A DNA stretch of 64,000 nucleotides from Candidatus Krumholzibacteriota bacterium (GTDB lineage Bacteria > Krumholzibacteriota > Krumholzibacteriia > JAJRXK01), in the NCBI GenBank assembly GCA_963764625.1, contig CAVXTH010000007.1, positions 128,001 to 192,000 of the forward strand, in the 5' to 3' direction. The position numbers and the translations under genes were made by a program. Shown piece after piece: positions 60,668 through 64,000 of this stretch. Positions within the stretch are counted from its first letter, which is position 1. Each line of letters begins with the position of its first letter. A model generated the notes under the pieces. The model was not told the origin of the DNA, ran no database searches, and was given only the letters and a program-made list of their open reading frames with translations.

Positions 60668-61705
60668 TCAGGGCGCGGTTTGCTCCGAGCTCGCGGACTC
60701 CAGCCCCAGTTTCTGCAGATAGCCGTTCAGCTTCTTGTGCTGTTCGGCTTTCATGTCTCCTTCCGCCATCTGGATGGCGCGCATCTCTGCCAGTACCGCG
60801 CCGACAAAGTCACCCTGGGCCGCCAGAGTGCTCGCCAGGCCATCGAGATGTCCCGGCGCTTCGAAGCGCGTGGCGCGGACCGCTTGCTCAGCAGCTTGTA
60901 CCGCCGCCTGGCGAAGGGAAGCGGGGACATCCCCTTCCGCTTCGCTCACTTTGACGGCGAGACCAGTGAGAAGTTTGGGGTCGGCGACACTGGAGTACTG
61001 GGAGAGCAGTTCTTGCGTCGCGTTGGTGGCGTCTTCCCAGCTCTGCGCCGCGATCGCTTCGTCAATCCGCTTTCGCAGGACCTTCGCGGCTCTTGCCTCT
61101 TCGAATTCCCGACGAGCGCGCGTCATATCGAACTCTCCGGCAAGGACTGCCTGAACTCTGGATTCGACGCGATGGGGATTTCCCACCCACAACAAGTGGC
61201 CGCTTCCATCTACCAAGAAAGCCCTGGGCAGGCTCATTGTACCCAGACGCTGCATCCACTCGTGGACGAAGATCCCCTGCAGCTTCTTCGCTTCGGAACG
61301 ACTGGGAGGAAGCCAGGCCATGCGGTAGTTGATTCGATCCTGTCGGGACGCGAGAAACCTCTTCACCGAGCCGAGATCATTGCCCCACTTGTCTTCGGAG
61401 GTGATGCCGATCACGACCAGGCCATCCTTGGCGAAACGCTCCTGCAAATTCTCTAGCAGCGGCATGCTGGCCAGACAGGGAGTGCACCAGGTGGCCCACA
61501 GATCGATGAGGTAGAGATGGTCGGGCTGCCAGTTATCAATCGGCGCGCCCTGCAACCACTCGCTCACTTCGATGAAGGGCAGAGCGTCACCGACGGTCAG
61601 GGCCTGGCTCTCAGGTTGGGCTCGAGCGGTTGCAACCGACAGAAAGAGCAGACTGGCGAGCGCTAGAATGGGAAAATGGAGGACGGACACGCGAGGCGGG
61701 TTCAT
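60668..61705 (-). CDS. Exported TlpA-like thioredoxin with helical C-terminal region
   Basis: Signal peptide ARA-Q; DLWATWCTPC; LPRAFLVD. Confidence 0.85.
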   Translation of the reverse strand: MNPPRVSVLHFPILALASLLFLSVATARAQPESQALTVGDALPFIEVSEWLQGAPIDNWQPDHLYLIDLWATWCTPCLASMPLLENLQERFAKDGLVVIGITSEDKWGNDLGSVKRFLASRQDRINYRMAWLPPSRSEAKKLQGIFVHEWMQRLGTMSLPRAFLVDGSGHLLWVGNPHRVESRVQAVLAGEFDMTRARREFEEARAAKVLRKRIDEAIAAQSWEDATNATQELLSQYSSVADPKLLTGLAVKVSEAEGDVPASLRQAAVQAAEQAVRATRFEAPGHLDGLASTLAAQGDFVGAVLAEMRAIQMAEGDMKAEQHKKLNGYLQKLGLESASSEQTAP

Positions 61706-61933
61706 GGTGCGCTCCTTACTCGATTTGCGGGTGGACGGAGAGGCGGGACTCCGCGGGAGAACAGTCTCAAGCTAGCGGCTGCCGATGTCCCCGTCGAGGG
61801 TCTCCTGGACGGAGCTTGACTGTCCAGTCGATTCGCCATTTGAAGACCGCAATCCCCAATGGGAGACGGAGCGGCGGCGAGCTGCTGGAGTAGTGTCGAG
61901 TTCACAAACGCCAGGCACGAAGGGAAGTCCAAA

Positions 61934-64000
61934 TTGCTCGGCAAGAGTTTGGATGGCTATGAGATCATCGCCTTCCTCGGCAGCGGGGGAATGGGTGAAG
62001 TCTACCGGGCGCGGGATCAGCAGTTGGGTCGCGAGGTCGCTCTCAAGCTCCTACGGGAAGATCTCGCGGCGGACGCCAAGCTCGTGAACCGTCTGAAACT
62101 GGAAGCTCGTACTCTCGCCAGCCTCAATCATCCCAACATTGCCACTCTCTTCGCCTTCGTTCAGGCCCAAGGCCGCTGGTTCCTGGTGATGGAATTGGTG
62201 GAGGGCAAGGATCTCCAGGAGCACCTGCTAGCGGGTCCGTTGCCCACAGAGGAAGCGGTGCGGGTGGCTCGTGAAATCGCCGAGGGATTGGCGGTCGCCC
62301 ACGCGCACGGAGTCGTGCACCGCGATCTCAAACCCGCCAACGTGAAGCTGACGGACGAGGGAAGAGTGAAGATCCTCGACTTCGGATTGGCCAAGCACGA
62401 GACGCTGGGCGGGAACGAGCTGACCACGATGCCGGCACAGGTCACGGCGGACGGTACGCTCGTCGGGACACCAGCCTATCTCGCTCCTGAACGCATCCGC
62501 GGCGAATCCGGCGACGCACGTAGCGATGTCTTTGCACTGGGTTTGGTGCTCTACGAGATGCTCACCGGGAGGCATTCCTTCCTCAGGTCCAACGTCTTTG
62601 AGACGACTAGCGCCATCCTCAAGGAAGATTCTGCGCGGTTGACCGGACACCCCGCATGGCTGGCCCGGCTGGTCGAGGAAGCGCTGGAAAAGTCTCCCGA
62701 TAGACGTCTGGCCTCGGCCCGCGAGTTCGCGGATCGACTTGCCGCGGGAGCTCCCACTGCTTCGGAACGCCAGCCTATCGAGGAAGAGCTCCCCATCGAC
62801 TCTCTGGCCGTACTCCCGTTCTACAATGAAGCCGGGGAAGAGGATGCTGACTATCTCATCGACGGAATTTGCGACTCCCTCATCGACAACCTCTCGTAGC
62901 TCCCACGCCTGAAGGTGATGGCTCAGAGCACGGTCTTCCGTTGTCGCGAACTCTACGACCGTCCCGATGCGGTGGGGAGAGAGCTGAAGGTCCGTGCGGT
63001 GCTCACCGGCCGGATGCAGAAACGGCGTGACAAATTGGTCATTCGCACCGAACTCGTGGATGCGAACGACGGAAGGCGCCTCTGGGGCGGACGCTTCGAC
63101 CGTCCGCTTACCGACGTACTCGCGATCGAGGGGGAAATTTGCGCGGAGATCACCGAGAATCCGCGCTTTCGCCTGACGCACGAAGAGAGGAGCCTCATCG
63201 CCAAACGTCAAGAGCGCGATCCCCGCGCCCACGATGCCTACATGCAGGGCCGCTACTTCTGGAAGCGCTGGAAGACGGCCGATGCCATGTACGCTGCGAT
63301 CCGCTATTTCGAGGAGGCACTTTCGATCGATCCCCTGTACGCACTGGCGCACGGGGGTCTGGCTGACTGCTACAACATTCTGGGAAACATCAAGGCCCTC
63401 CCGCCCGATGAGGCCTATCCCAAGGCCAAAGACGAAGTGAACAAGGGTCTAGCTCTCGATGAGGGGTTGGCCGAGCTGCACGCCTCCTTGGCGTTCATCC
63501 ACCGGTTTCGGGACTGGGACTGGAAGTCGGCCGAGCGGGAATCTCTCCGGGCCATCGAGCAGAATCCCGGCTACTCGCCCGCACATCGTTTTTACGGACA
63601 TCTCCTCTCCGGCCTGGGCCGGCATGAGGAGGCGATCCCGCGCGTCAAGCGGGCACTCGAATTGGATCCTCTCTCGATCCTTCTGCACACCTCGGTGGGT
63701 GACACCTATTTCTATGCGCGCCGCTACGAGGAATCGATGGGGTGGTATCGCAAGGCGATGGATCTGGACGAGGCCTTCATCCCTGCCCACACCGATCTTG
63801 CTCGCGCCCTGGAGCTCGCCGGCCGCCTCGAAGAGGCCGAGGCGGAGTTTCGCAAGGCCCAGACGCTCATGCCCGAAGGTCCACCCGAGCCCTCCTCCGG
63901 TCTGGCGCATGTGTACGCGCGCATGGGTCGGAGGGAAGAGGCGCTGGCGATCGTGAATCGGCTTTTGGAAAGGGCCAAGTCGCGCTATGTGTCACCCTAC
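61934..64000 (+). CDS. Ser/Thr protein kinase + TolB-like + TPR protein (partial), interrupted by in-frame TAG at 62897-62899
   Basis: LGSGGMGEVY, VALK, HRDLKPAN, DFG, GTPAYLAPE, SLAVLPF. The same frame resumes after TAG with LPRLKVMAQSTVF...AYMQGRYFW and TPR repeats to the window end. Confidence 0.85.

Noticed and set aside
62897-62899. Genome-wide TAG recoding or pyrrolysine
   Set aside because: Many clear genes here end properly at TAG (smpB, pepF, 37206, 42350), and no pyl genes are in the window

Overview
High-GC bacterial chromosomal window. The FlgD-Ig/T9SS-type 'YPNPFNP' C-terminal domains and short 'SWGxxK' tails suggest an FCB-group candidate lineage such as Krumholzibacteriota, Latescibacterota or Eisenbacteria (inference). 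1-15.7 kb is mostly housekeeping: PP2C sensor, suhB-like, pepF (frameshifted), glutamine synthetase family, tRNA-Leu, smpB-amidase-GerMN-murI-rph-rdgB and tRNA-Pro. The rest is accessory: secreted proteins, a heavily frameshifted GT39/PD40 fusion, a hybrid kinase, a GT2/LAB_N/ArnT cluster, a DUF4956-CotH-VTC operon, and a ~17 kb ROK-regulated beta-1,3-glucan locus (GH1, clan-A GH fused to a predicted beta-barrel, GH149-like, GH16, GH17, MFS) without SusC/SusD. It continues with norR-ric and a decayed qNor, a 19-heme CbcL-like cytochrome, and a Ser/Thr kinase-TPR gene with an in-frame TAG. The strongest candidate for an undescribed system is a ~15-residue C-terminal motif, [VI]-x5-S-[WF]-[GS]-x-[MIVL]-K-x2-[YF], on five unrelated Sec-exported proteins. 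In one paralog pair it replaces the FlgD/T9SS-type CTD, which points to a protein sorting signal. Several single-base frameshifts suggest assembly errors. All family calls come from motif recognition, not database searches.
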